Source: an uncultured Methylomirabilota bacterium (GTDB lineage Bacteria; Methylomirabilota; Methylomirabilia; Methylomirabilales; 2-02-FULL-66-22). Taken from it: DNA of 64,000 nt. Below are positions 30,205 to 40,142 of this stretch, in pieces. A program made the position numbers and the translations under genes. Under the pieces are notes generated by a model. The model made no database searches and was not told the DNA's origin. It worked only from the letters and a program-made list of their open reading frames with translations. The stretch covers positions 2,016,001-2,080,000 of the forward strand of contig OY970067.1 of the NCBI GenBank assembly GCA_963705305.1, written 5' to 3'. Every line of letters starts with the position of its first letter. Position 1 is the stretch's first letter.

Positions 30205-31362
30205 GTGGCCGACCGGACCGCTGAAAACCGCCCGCCTACCATCGGCAACGTCGCTCGCAGGGCCGGGGTCTCTCCCGCCACCGTCTCCCGCGTGATCAAC
30301 GATCGCCCCAATGTCCGGCCCGCGGTGCGGGCCAAGGTTCAGCAGACCATGCGCCGCCTCGGCTACCGTCCGGATCAGGTGGCCCGGGGGCTGGTTCGCC
30401 GGGAGACCAGGACGCTCGGATTGATGACGCCCGATCTGCCCAACCCGTTCGGCGCGGAGACCGCCACGGCCATCCTGGAGACGGCGCGCGGTCACGGCTA
30501 CAGCGTCGTCCTCTGCAACATCGACAACCTGCCCCGCCTGCAGGAGGAATCGGTGGAGGTCCTGCTGCGACGCCGGGTGGACGGGATCCTGATCGGCAGC
30601 GCGTTCCTGGATGACCCGGTTGTGGAGAAGCTGCTAGACACCCGCGTCCCGTGCATGATGTACAGCCGGCGCCTGCGCTCCGGGCGCGGGAACTACGTCG
30701 TGCTGGACAACGTCAAGGCGGGGTACGACCTCACCCGGCACCTCCTCACCCTCGGCCACCGGCGGATCGGGTTCGTGGGGAGCCGCCCCGAGCTCTCCAC
30801 CGCCAGCGAGCGCCTCCAGGGGTACCGGCAGGCGCTGGCCGAGGCGGGGCTGCCGGCGGATCCGGAGCTGGTCCGGCCCTCGGCGACCAAGTCCGAGATC
30901 GCCTACCAGATGGCCGTGGACCTTCTCAAAGCGCCAGACCGGCCGACGGCCATTGTGGCGCGGACCGACCTGATCGCCCTGAGCGTCATGGAGGCGGCGG
31001 CGGATCTCGGGATGCGGGTCCCCGGCGATCTGGCCGTGGTGGGCGTGGACGATATCCGGATCGCGGCACACCGGCGCATCCAGCTCACCACGGTCTCGCA
31101 GCAGCGGGCCGAGATGGGCCAACTGGCGGTGAGCTGGCTGCTGGAGATCATCCGCGATCCGGATCGATTTGCGCGGACGCCCTTCCAGCATGTCCTGGCC
31201 CCGACCCTGATCGTTCGGGGGAGCTGCGGGGCGCTGCCCGGTTCTGTGTTGAACGCCGTCCCGAGCGGAGAGAAGCGGGAGCTCCTGTCCGCCCCGAACC
31301 TGATTGCTATGGCGGATGCCACGGGGGCAGGGGTTCCGGCGGGTCGTCACCCCCGGTCATAA
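30205..31362 (+). CDS. LacI family transcriptional regulator (paralog of 23678-24745)
   Basis: TIGNVARRAGVSPATVSRVIN; shares RRLRSGRGNY.VLDNV and YDLTRH blocks with the first LacI. Confidence 0.95.
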   Translation: MADRTAENRPPTIGNVARRAGVSPATVSRVINDRPNVRPAVRAKVQQTMRRLGYRPDQVARGLVRRETRTLGLMTPDLPNPFGAETATAILETARGHGYSVVLCNIDNLPRLQEESVEVLLRRRVDGILIGSAFLDDPVVEKLLDTRVPCMMYSRRLRSGRGNYVVLDNVKAGYDLTRHLLTLGHRRIGFVGSRPELSTASERLQGYRQALAEAGLPADPELVRPSATKSEIAYQMAVDLLKAPDRPTAIVARTDLIALSVMEAAADLGMRVPGDLAVVGVDDIRIAAHRRIQLTTVSQQRAEMGQLAVSWLLEIIRDPDRFARTPFQHVLAPTLIVRGSCGALPGSVLNAVPSGEKRELLSAPNLIAMADATGAGVPAGRHPRS

Positions 31363-31380
31363 CGAATGCAGGAGGAAGGT

Positions 31381-31923
31381 ATGGCGGGAGAAATGGAATC
31401 CGCAGTGACGGCCGCGAACCGCCTGGAGCGGCGATCGGCTCTCCGGATCGCTTTTGGTCTCTTCGACGGGCTCTGCGATGCCACATCCATCCTGATCCTC
31501 TGGGGGACCGTCGTGGTGGTCTTCCTCCAGATCATGGCGCGGTATGTCTTCAAGGTGCCGCTGGTGTGGACGGAGGAGGTGGCACGCTTTGCCTTCATAT
31601 GGCTGGCGTTCGTGGGCGTCGCCGTCACGGAGCGCCAGAACGCACACTTTCGGGTCACCTTCTTGGTGGAGAAGGCCCCGCCTCGGCTGCGCTTCGCCAT
31701 CTGGATTCTCGTCGAGCTGTGCATTCTGGTCACCCTGGTCCTCTTCTTCTTTGAAGCCATCAAGTACACGAAGCTGGGGGCGCAGAACGTCTCGGCCGTC
31801 ATGCAGCTGCACCTGAGCTACATCTATGCGTCCCTGCCGGTCTTCGTGGTGCTCGCCCTCATCAACCGGCTGCGAATGGATATCAAAAAGCTGCGGAGCG
31901 GAACCGACAATCCGTTTGCGTAA
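31381..31923 (+). CDS. dctQ: TRAP transporter small permease
   Basis: QIMARYVF..PLVWTEEVARFAFIW; four TM segments. Confidence 0.92.
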   Translation: MAGEMESAVTAANRLERRSALRIAFGLFDGLCDATSILILWGTVVVVFLQIMARYVFKVPLVWTEEVARFAFIWLAFVGVAVTERQNAHFRVTFLVEKAPPRLRFAIWILVELCILVTLVLFFFEAIKYTKLGAQNVSAVMQLHLSYIYASLPVFVVLALINRLRMDIKKLRSGTDNPFA

Positions 31924-31941
31924 GGCTCAGGAGGGGCCGAC

Positions 31942-33234
31942 GTGGAGACCGCCACTGTCGTTTTGGTCCTGTTCTTCGGCACGATGCTGATGGGCATGCC
32001 GCTCGCCTATTCGATGCTGTTTACCGGCTTCGTGTCGCTCCATTTCCTGCACCCGGAAGTTCCCATCAACATCGTTCCCCAGCGGGTGTTCGGGGGGGTG
32101 GATAATTTCATTCTGCTGTGCATCCCGTTCTTCATCCTGGCGGGCGATCTGATGTCCCTGACCGCCTTGTTCGACCAGCTCATCGACGTGGCCAACGCCA
32201 TCATTGGCCGGGTGAAGGGGGCCCTCTCGCACATCGTGATCGTGGTCGCCATGTTCTTCGCGGGGATCACGGGGGCGGCGGTCGCCGACACCTCGGCGGT
32301 GGGGAGCCTGTTAATTCCAGCCATGGTGAAGCAGGGCTACCGCAAGCAGTACGCCACGGCGGTCGTGGTGGTGGCGTCCACCATCGGGGTGATCATTCCG
32401 CCCAGCAACCTGATGATCGTGGCGGCGCTGGCCACCACGACCTCGGTGGCGGCCCTGCTCCTGGGCGGGATCATTCCGGGGGTCCTGGCGGCGATGGCCA
32501 TGCTGGTCTGGAGCATCTACTACGGGATCACCCGCGGCTTCCCCGCCTCGCCCCCGATGACCTGGATGGATCGCGTCCGGGTCTTTGCGCGCAGCTTCCC
32601 GGCCCTGGGGATCCCGGTGATCCTGATGGGCGGCATCCTGGCCGGGATCGTCACGCCGACGGAGGCCGCCGACGTGTCGATCTTCTATGCCCTGATCGTA
32701 GGGCCAATCCTTCTCCGCCGCTTTCCCACCATGAAGCAATTCTATGAGAGCTCACTCACCGTGGTCAGCCGCGTCTCCGCCGTGATGGCCTGCGTGGGCG
32801 CCTCCCTGGTCCTGGGATGGATCTTCGCCATCTCCGAGGTGCCGGATGCGGTGGGGCATTTTATCACCTCCATCACCACGAATTCCGTTCTGATCACTGC
32901 CGGCATGCTGGTGACCTACCTGATCGTCGGCTGCTTCATGGATCCTATCCCGGCCATCCTGATCTTCTCGCCCATCTTTCAACCGCTGGCGGAATCCATC
33001 GGCATCTCCCCGGTGCACTTCGCCGTGGTCATGGTGTTCGGGCTGACGATCGGACTGGCCACGCCCCCAGTCGGATCGTGCCTGTATGTCGGTGCGGCCA
33101 TCTCGGGCCTGCGGATCGATGAGTTCACCATGGATATGATCCCGTACATCCTGGCGATGACCGTGATCCTCTTTGTCATCGCGTATGCGCCGGGCTTCGT
33201 GATGTGGATTCCCAATCTGGCGTTGGGGAAGTGA
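31942..33234 (+). CDS. dctM: TRAP transporter large permease
   Basis: IPFFILAG, IIPPS, TPTEA, TPPVG motifs. Confidence 0.95.
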   Translation: METATVVLVLFFGTMLMGMPLAYSMLFTGFVSLHFLHPEVPINIVPQRVFGGVDNFILLCIPFFILAGDLMSLTALFDQLIDVANAIIGRVKGALSHIVIVVAMFFAGITGAAVADTSAVGSLLIPAMVKQGYRKQYATAVVVVASTIGVIIPPSNLMIVAALATTTSVAALLLGGIIPGVLAAMAMLVWSIYYGITRGFPASPPMTWMDRVRVFARSFPALGIPVILMGGILAGIVTPTEAADVSIFYALIVGPILLRRFPTMKQFYESSLTVVSRVSAVMACVGASLVLGWIFAISEVPDAVGHFITSITTNSVLITAGMLVTYLIVGCFMDPIPAILIFSPIFQPLAESIGISPVHFAVVMVFGLTIGLATPPVGSCLYVGAAISGLRIDEFTMDMIPYILAMTVILFVIAYAPGFVMWIPNLALGK

Positions 33235-33332
33235 GCGGGGGCCTCGCCCGGATGGAAGGCGGGGAACCGATGGGTGGCTGAGCAGGCCTGGACGGCTGCT
33301 CGTGGGCAACTGAACACTGGAAGGAGGAGGCG

Positions 33333-34331
33333 ATGGGTGCGAAGCGTGGAGCCTGGTGGGCGCTGGTGATCGCCATTGTCATGTCGTTCGTGCTGGCAGG
33401 GATTGCCCAGGCTGGCGAGGTGGTCCTGAAACTCGGGACCAGCCAGCCCCCTAAGGGCGGATACCTCGGCGACACTCCGAAAGTCTTCGCCGACGCCATC
33501 GAGCAGGCGACCAAGGGGGCAGTGAAGGTCAAAGTATTCTATTCCGGGTCGCTGAGCGCCAACGAGCGGGAGCTCTTGGAGATGGCCCAAAGCGGGGCCA
33601 CCGATTTCGGGATCGGGGCCACGACCTACGTGCTGGGCTGGGCGCCCGCCTTCAAGGTCTTCGACCTCCCGTACCTTTTCCAGGGGGTCGAGCACTTCAA
33701 GAGGGTCGTGCAGGGGCCGGTGGGCGAGACGCTGGCCAAGCAGGAGGAGGTGCACGGGGTGGTGCAGCTTGCCTACATCCTGCCGGGAGTCCGGAGCATC
33801 TTCAACAATGTCCGGCCCATCAACAAGCTGGAGGACGCCAAGGGCCTGAAGATCCGGAGCATGCAGAGCCCCGTGTACCTTGACATGTTCAAGGCCATGG
33901 GAATGCTGCCGACGGCGATGCCGGCCTCGGAGCTGTACACCTCCCTCCAGACGGGTGTGGTGGACGCCGGCGAGAACGACCCGGCCAGCGTGGTCAGCTG
34001 GGGGTGGATTGACGTGATCAAGTACTATTCTCTCGACGAGCACTCCATCTCGTGCAACGTGCTGATCATGAATAAGAAGCGGTTCGACAGCTTCTCGCCG
34101 GAGATTCAGAAGGCCATCCTCCAGGCGGGGAAGACAGCCGAAAACTATCAGTTGGACTACATCCAAAAAGCGACCGCGGAAAGCCTGGAGAAGATCAGGG
34201 CCAAGGGAGTCAAGGTCAACACCATCCCCGACAAGAAGCCCTTCCAGGATGCCGTCAAGCACATCATCGCCCAGTACGAGCCGGAGATCGGCCACAACCT
34301 GGTCCAGATGGTGCGGGACGCCGCGAAGTAG
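33333..34331 (+). CDS. dctP: TRAP substrate-binding protein
   Basis: Signal peptide, DLPYLF, KGLKIR, ELYTSLQTGVVDAGEN. Confidence 0.95.
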   Translation: MGAKRGAWWALVIAIVMSFVLAGIAQAGEVVLKLGTSQPPKGGYLGDTPKVFADAIEQATKGAVKVKVFYSGSLSANERELLEMAQSGATDFGIGATTYVLGWAPAFKVFDLPYLFQGVEHFKRVVQGPVGETLAKQEEVHGVVQLAYILPGVRSIFNNVRPINKLEDAKGLKIRSMQSPVYLDMFKAMGMLPTAMPASELYTSLQTGVVDAGENDPASVVSWGWIDVIKYYSLDEHSISCNVLIMNKKRFDSFSPEIQKAILQAGKTAENYQLDYIQKATAESLEKIRAKGVKVNTIPDKKPFQDAVKHIIAQYEPEIGHNLVQMVRDAAK

Positions 34332-34430
34332 CGGCCGAGTGTCTTGGCGCCCGGGGGTGGGCCGGCCGCGCCGGCCCCACCCCCGGGCGCTCTGCGGAGG
34401 GGCGCCTGCGGCCCCTGGTGTTGCATCGCC

Positions 34431-36809
34431 ATGATCACATCAGCGGTTGCGCTCGACCGGACGACCCGCCTGCGGGGCCGGCTCTTGTCGCACGAGCCGT
34501 CGATCTGCCACGAGCGGGTGGCCATCGTCACCCAGTGCTACGACGAGCTGGGACAGTCCCTCCCGCCCGTCCGCCTGCGGGCCAGGGCCCTGGCCGCCGC
34601 CCTGGATGGGATGACCATCTTCATCGGGCCCGATGAGCTGATCGTCGGGAACCAGGCCTCCCGGCCGCGCGCGGCCCCGGTCTTCCCCGAATACTCCTGG
34701 GAATGGATCCTGGACGAGCTGGGCACCCTCCCCCGGCGGACAGCCGACCGGTTTGCCGTTTCCCCCGAGACGGCCGAGGCCTTGCGATCCCTGCTTCCGC
34801 GTTGGCGGGGCCGGGCCCTTCGCGATCGGGCGGCGGCGGCCATGCCGGAGGAGGTCCTGCGGGCGCAGGAGGGCCTGGTCTTTCTTCTGACCAGCATGGG
34901 CTGCGGCGTGGGGCACCTGGCCCCCGACTACTCCCGCGTGCTTGCCCGCGGACTGGCGGGACTGGCGGACGCGGCCCAATCCATGCTGAACACCCTGGAC
35001 CTTACCGAGCCGGCCTCCCTGAGGCGGCGGGATTTTTGCCTGGCCGCGGTGGAGGTCTGCCAGGCGGCGATCCGCTTTGCCCACCGCTACGCAGAGCTGG
35101 CCCTTCGCCTGGCGGGAAGCGAGGCGAATGCGGCCAGGCGGGCGGAGCTCCAGGAGATCGCGCGCGTCTGCCGGAAGGTGCCGGCCCAGCCGGCCGCGAC
35201 GTTTCACGAGGCCCTCCAATCCTTCTGGTTCGTCCACCTCATCATCCAGATCGAGGCCAACGGCCACTCCATCTCGCCGGGCCGGTTCGATCAGTACATG
35301 GCCCCCTCCTATGCGGCCGACCTCCAGACGGGGCGGCTGGACCGTGAACGGGCTCTGGAGCTGCTGGACTGCCTCTGGATCAAGTTCAACGAGATCATGA
35401 AGCTGCGGGACCGGACCGCCTCCATCGGGTTCGGGGGATACCCCCTGTTTCAGAACCTCATCGTCGGGGGCCAGACGGCGGACGGGCGGGACGCCACCAA
35501 CGACCTGTCCTTCCTTTGCCTGGAGGCCACCCGCCGGACCCGCCTGCCCCAGCCCTCGCTCTCGGTGCGGGTGCACGCCGGAAGCCCCCCGCCCTTCCTG
35601 AAGGCGGCCGCCGCGCTGGCCCGCGAGGGGCTGGGCATGCCCGCCTTCTTCAACGACGAGATCATCGTCCCGCTGCTCCAGCGGATGGGCGCCGGGTTGG
35701 AGGAGGCCCGCGGGTACGCCGAGGTGGGCTGCGTCGAGCCCCAGGTGCCCGGCCGCACGAACGGGTACTATCCGGCCGGCTTCCTCAATCTGGGGAAGGT
35801 GGTGAGCCTGGCCCTGCACAACGGCACCGATCCGGTCAGCGGCCGGCAGCTTGGCCCGCGCGACGCCGCGTTCGGGGGGTTTGCCCGCTACGAGGACGTG
35901 CGCGCGGCCCTGGACCGGCAGCTGGAGCATTTCATCCGGCTGCTGGTGGCCGCGGATAACGTCTTGGACGCCGCCCACGGGGCCCTGGCGCCCAATCCCT
36001 TCGTCTCGCTTGTGGTGGACGACTGCCTGACGCGCGGCCTGTGCTACGAAGAGGGCGGGGCCGTCCACAACTACACGGCGCCCAACAGCGTCGGTCTGGC
36101 CAACGCCGCCGACGCCCTGATGGCGGTCAAGCGGCTAGTATTCCAGGAGCGAAAAGTGGGGATGCCGGAGCTGCTGCAGGCACTGGCGGAGGATTTCGCC
36201 GGTCGGGAGGCCCTGCGCCAGATGCTGCTCCACAAGGCCCCCAAGTACGGCAACGACGAGGACGAAGTGGACGCCATCGCCCGGGAACTGGCCAGCCAGA
36301 TCCTTCGAGGATTCAAGCGATTCCGCAACGTCCGCGGGGGTCGGTTCGAGCCGGGCCTGCAGAGCATCTCGGCGCATGCCCTGTTCCGGGACGCCGTGGG
36401 CGCCACGCCGGACGGGCGCACGGCGCGGATGCTCTTGGCCGACGGGGGCATCTCCCCGGCGCAGGGGCGGGATCGCCGCGGCCCGACCGCCGTGGTCAAG
36501 TCCGCCGCCAAGCTGGACCATCTGGAGTCCTCCAACGGGACGCTGCTCAATATCAAATTGAGCCCGCAGTCGGTCGCCGGGGAGACCGGGCTGGAAAACC
36601 TGGCGGCCCTCATCCGGACCTACTTCCAGCTGGGGGGGCAACACGTCCAGTTCAACATCGTCAGCTCCGACGTCTTGCGCGAGGCGCAGGCGCATCCCGA
36701 AGAGCATCGGGATCTGGTCGTCCGGGTGGCCGGCTTCAGCGTGCTGTTCACCACCATCGACCGGGTGCTCCAAGAGGACATCATCGAGCGGACCGAGCAT
36801 GTTCTCTGA
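34431..36809 (+). CDS. Glycyl radical enzyme, diol/glycerol-dehydratase-like, substrate unknown
   Basis: ELIVGNQ, GVGH, NGHSIS.GRFDQY, FGGYPLFQNLIVGGQ, Cys loop GCVEP, Gly loop HVQFN...RVAGFS. Confidence 0.93.
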   Translation: MITSAVALDRTTRLRGRLLSHEPSICHERVAIVTQCYDELGQSLPPVRLRARALAAALDGMTIFIGPDELIVGNQASRPRAAPVFPEYSWEWILDELGTLPRRTADRFAVSPETAEALRSLLPRWRGRALRDRAAAAMPEEVLRAQEGLVFLLTSMGCGVGHLAPDYSRVLARGLAGLADAAQSMLNTLDLTEPASLRRRDFCLAAVEVCQAAIRFAHRYAELALRLAGSEANAARRAELQEIARVCRKVPAQPAATFHEALQSFWFVHLIIQIEANGHSISPGRFDQYMAPSYAADLQTGRLDRERALELLDCLWIKFNEIMKLRDRTASIGFGGYPLFQNLIVGGQTADGRDATNDLSFLCLEATRRTRLPQPSLSVRVHAGSPPPFLKAAAALAREGLGMPAFFNDEIIVPLLQRMGAGLEEARGYAEVGCVEPQVPGRTNGYYPAGFLNLGKVVSLALHNGTDPVSGRQLGPRDAAFGGFARYEDVRAALDRQLEHFIRLLVAADNVLDAAHGALAPNPFVSLVVDDCLTRGLCYEEGGAVHNYTAPNSVGLANAADALMAVKRLVFQERKVGMPELLQALAEDFAGREALRQMLLHKAPKYGNDEDEVDAIARELASQILRGFKRFRNVRGGRFEPGLQSISAHALFRDAVGATPDGRTARMLLADGGISPAQGRDRRGPTAVVKSAAKLDHLESSNGTLLNIKLSPQSVAGETGLENLAALIRTYFQLGGQHVQFNIVSSDVLREAQAHPEEHRDLVVRVAGFSVLFTTIDRVLQEDIIERTEHVL

Positions 36810-37749
36810 AGCCCGGCAATCCGATCCCGCACCCGCCCAGACGCCCGACGCCGGCATCGTCTTCGACATCCAGCGCTTCTCCGTCCACGACGGCCCGGGC
36901 ATCCGCACGCTCGTCTTCCTCAAGGGATGCCCCCTGTCGTGCGAGTGGTGTGCCAATCCGGAGGGCCGACAGCCCGGACCGGAGATCCTCTTCGATCCCG
37001 CCAGGTGCGTGGGCTGCCGGGTCTGCGAGGGGGTCTGCACCAACGGCGCGGCCCTGGTGGCGGAGGGGGGGACGCCAGTGTTCGAGCGGGGACGCTGCCT
37101 GGCCTGCGGCGCCTGCGTGGAGGTCTGTCCCTCGGGGGCCCGCGCCCTGGCGGGCCGGTCCATGTCCGTCCAGACCGTGCTGGCGGAGGTGCTGAAGGAC
37201 GAGCCCTTCTACCGAAACTCCGGCGGCGGCCTCACGTTGGGGGGCGGCGAGCCGCTGGCGCAGCCCGATTTCGCGGCGGGGATCCTCCGGGCGTCCCGCG
37301 ATCGCGCGATCCACACGGCCGTGGAGACCTCTGGGCATGTTCCCTGGCCCCGCCTCCGGCAGGCGCTCCCCTGGACGGACCTGTTCCTCTATGATCTCAA
37401 GCATCCGGATCCGGATGCGCATCGGGCGCACACCGGCGGCGATGTCGGCCTCGTGATGGGAAACCTGGATCGCCTGCTCGAGGCCGGGGCCCGGGTCTGG
37501 CCGCGGGTGGCCGTGATTCCGGGGTTCAACGACGATCCGGCGGTCTTCGGCGAACTGGTCCGGCAGGTCGCCGGGTTGGGACTGGGCGAGATCCACCTGC
37601 TGCCGTACCATCGGCTGGGACAGGCCAAGTACCGGCTCCTGGGCCGGGAGGAAGTGTTCCGCGGGCGGGAGGCGATCCGCGAGGGGCGGCTGGAGGAGCT
37701 GGCCGCGCTGGCTCGTGCGGCGGGACTGGCTGTGACGGTGGGGGGATAG
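36799..37749 (+). CDS. Glycyl-radical activating enzyme (radical SAM with ferredoxin insert)
   Basis: IQRFSVHDGPGIRTLVFLKGCPLSCEWCANPE, two CxxCxxCxxxC, GGEP. Confidence 0.95.
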   Translation: MFSEARQSDPAPAQTPDAGIVFDIQRFSVHDGPGIRTLVFLKGCPLSCEWCANPEGRQPGPEILFDPARCVGCRVCEGVCTNGAALVAEGGTPVFERGRCLACGACVEVCPSGARALAGRSMSVQTVLAEVLKDEPFYRNSGGGLTLGGGEPLAQPDFAAGILRASRDRAIHTAVETSGHVPWPRLRQALPWTDLFLYDLKHPDPDAHRAHTGGDVGLVMGNLDRLLEAGARVWPRVAVIPGFNDDPAVFGELVRQVAGLGLGEIHLLPYHRLGQAKYRLLGREEVFRGREAIREGRLEELAALARAAGLAVTVGG

Positions 37750-37870
37750 CGCCGCCCCTGCGGTCGCGGCGCCGGGACGGATCGTCGAGATCGTTGCCTT
37801 CGAACGCGAGGAAGCGTAGCCTAGCATCATCGCCCGCGCTAGCCGCGGGGGACGGAACTGCGGAGGGAGC

Positions 37871-38629
37871 ATGGGCTGGACAGGCAAGGTGGCACTGGTC
37901 ACGGGTGGGGGCTCCGGGATCGGACGCTCCACGTGCGAGCTGTTCGCGGCCGGCGGCGGGACCGTGGTGGCGGCGGATCTGAACGAGCGGGCGGCCGCCG
38001 CGATAGTCGAATCGATCCGGCAGCGGGGCGGCCGCGCCGAGGCCGTGGGGACCGATGTGACCCGCTGGGAGGACGTGCAGACGGTCGTGGAGAGGGCGCG
38101 GAGGATCTCGGGCCGGCTGGACGTCGTCATCAACTGTGCCGGGATCCTGCGGATTCACACGATCGAGGAGACCTCCGAAGCGGAATGGCAGCAGGTGCTC
38201 GAGATCAACCTCACCGGCGCGTTTCTGGTCACCAAGGCCGCGATGCGGGTGATGCGAGAGCAGGGGGGCGGCTCCATCGTCCACATCGCCTCGCGCATGG
38301 CCCTGCGGGTGAAAGAGGGCCATGCGGCGTATGCCGCTGCCAAGGCCGGCGTGATGCAGCTCACGGAGATGGCCGCCCTGGAGGGGGCCCGTGACGGCAT
38401 CCGGGTCAACTGCGTCTGCCCCGGGTTCGTGGACACTCCCATGGTGCGGAACTCCGGCCCCGCCGACGACGTGGAGGCCCAGTTCGCCGCCTGGGCCAAG
38501 ATCTGCCCGTTGGGCCGCGCCGCGGTGCCCGGGGACATCGCCCGGGCCATGCTGTTCCTGGCCTCGGACGATGCCGCGTTCATTACCGGCGTGGCCCTGC
38601 CCGTGGACGGTGGGCGGACGATTCTCTGA
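37871..38629 (+). CDS. SDR oxidoreductase
   Basis: TGGGSGIG, NCAG, YAAAK, VDGG. Confidence 0.93.
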   Translation: MGWTGKVALVTGGGSGIGRSTCELFAAGGGTVVAADLNERAAAAIVESIRQRGGRAEAVGTDVTRWEDVQTVVERARRISGRLDVVINCAGILRIHTIEETSEAEWQQVLEINLTGAFLVTKAAMRVMREQGGGSIVHIASRMALRVKEGHAAYAAAKAGVMQLTEMAALEGARDGIRVNCVCPGFVDTPMVRNSGPADDVEAQFAAWAKICPLGRAAVPGDIARAMLFLASDDAAFITGVALPVDGGRTIL

Positions 38630-38680
38630 CCGACAGGTGCCGTACCAGGCGTTCTGCGCTTCCGCAAGGAGGGACCTTAC

Positions 38681-39583
38681 ATGCCGAACACACCGCTGGG
38701 CTTCCTCGGATTGGGCGTCATGGGCGGGCCCATGGCCCGGAATCTCCTCAAGGCCGGCTATCCGGTGACCGGCTATGATCCCGACGCCAACCGGATGCAG
38801 CTTTTCACGCGGGCGGGCGGGAAGGCCGTGGCCTCCGTCGAGGCGGTCGGGCGGGCAGGAGACGTCGTGTTCCTCTCCCTCCCCACCGGCGACGTGGTGC
38901 GGCGGACAGTCACCGGCGAGGGGGGGCTGCTCTCGGCCATGCCGTCGGGCGCGCTCATCGCGGACCTCAGCACCACGGAGCCGAAGGTGGCCCAGGACTG
39001 CGCAACAGCCTGCGCGGATCGCGGCATCACGTTCCTGGACGCGCCGGTCAGCGGCGGGGAACAGGGAGCCATCGACGCCAGCCTGTCCATCATGGTGGGC
39101 GGCGAGGCGGCGGGGTTTGCCCGCTGCCAGCCCCTGCTCGCCTGCGTGGGCAAGTCAGTCGTCCACATGGGGGGCAGCGGACTGGGCCAGGCGACCAAGC
39201 TCCTCAACAACATGATCGTGGCGGCCGGATTTGCCGCGGTCTGCGAGGCGTGGGGGTTGGCGGCCAAGGTTGGCCTGGACCCGGCCACGCTGCATCAGGC
39301 CATCAAGGGCGGCTGGGCCGGCTCGCGTGTCATGGAGGAGACGGTCCCCCGTCTCCTGGCCCGGAATTTCGTCCCCGGCGGGACCGTGGACATCATGACC
39401 AAGGACGTGGGATATGCCCTGAACATGGCGCGGTCCCTGGATGTGCCCGTGCCGGTAACGGCCCTGGCCCACGAGCTTTTCCGCATGGTGAAGGCGCAGG
39501 GGCAGGGACCCAAGGCCCAGCCCATCCTAATCAGCCTGTGGGAGCAGTGGACGGGGGTGCAGGTCGGAGGTCACCAGCCCTGA
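38681..39583 (+). CDS. Beta-hydroxyacid dehydrogenase (tartronate-semialdehyde reductase/3-hydroxyisobutyrate DH family)
   Basis: GFLGLGVMG.PMA.NL, LDAPVSGG, G.ATKLLNN, KDV. Confidence 0.93.
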   Translation: MPNTPLGFLGLGVMGGPMARNLLKAGYPVTGYDPDANRMQLFTRAGGKAVASVEAVGRAGDVVFLSLPTGDVVRRTVTGEGGLLSAMPSGALIADLSTTEPKVAQDCATACADRGITFLDAPVSGGEQGAIDASLSIMVGGEAAGFARCQPLLACVGKSVVHMGGSGLGQATKLLNNMIVAAGFAAVCEAWGLAAKVGLDPATLHQAIKGGWAGSRVMEETVPRLLARNFVPGGTVDIMTKDVGYALNMARSLDVPVPVTALAHELFRMVKAQGQGPKAQPILISLWEQWTGVQVGGHQP

Positions 39584-39611
39584 TCTCGGCTTTCGACCCG
39601 AAGGTGAGAGC

Positions 39612-39893
39612 ATGGAGCAGACGCGACGTCAAGAGATCAGAAGCCTGTTATGCCAGCGCCTCTGGACCCTGGACGAGCTGGCGGCGCGGTACGTCGTGGC
39701 CAAGCGGATCATCATAAACGATCTGGAGCATATCGCCCGCTCCGTGGCGCCGCGCCAGAGACTCGAGATCCTGCCGCCGGTGTGCCGCCAGTGCGGTTTC
39801 CGGTTCAAGGATCGGTCGCGCTTTTCGGATCCATCCCGCTGTCCGCAGTGCAAGAACGAACACCTCGGCTCGCAACAGTTCCGCATCGTGTGA
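39612..39893 (+). CDS. HTH plus Zn-ribbon transcription regulator (COG3357-like)
   Basis: TRRQEI...DLEHIARS...PPVCRQCGFRF...PSRCPQCK. Confidence 0.85.
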   Translation: MEQTRRQEIRSLLCQRLWTLDELAARYVVAKRIIINDLEHIARSVAPRQRLEILPPVCRQCGFRFKDRSRFSDPSRCPQCKNEHLGSQQFRIV

Positions 39894-39948
39894 GTTCGGG
39901 GAGCCGGGGGAGCGGGGTTACTCGATTGCCACCTGCTGGAGGAGCGTC

Positions 39949-40140
39949 ATGCGGATCTGGGTCAGCCTGGCCTATCTGAGCCTGGGCACGTCGCTGGTCA
40001 GTCTGGGGATCGCCAATGCGTCCTGGCTGCTGGGGGCTCCGGCGGCAGGCCTGAGCCCCCGGGCGTATGCCGGCGGAGCCGCCATCGCGCTTCTGTACGC
40101 CATCACGTTCCTGCTGTTCGATCTGGCCCAACACCGCTAA
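39949..40140 (+). CDS. Small membrane protein
   Basis: GGAGGAG RBS, two hydrophobic helices. Confidence 0.6.
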   Translation: MRIWVSLAYLSLGTSLVSLGIANASWLLGAPAAGLSPRAYAGGAAIALLYAITFLLFDLAQHR

Positions 40141-40142
40141 CG

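Noticed and set aside
34431..36809. Pyruvate formate-lyase or choline TMA-lyase assignment
   Set aside because: Single-Cys GCVEP loop rather than CC; region after the Cys loop differs from CutC; no microcompartment genes
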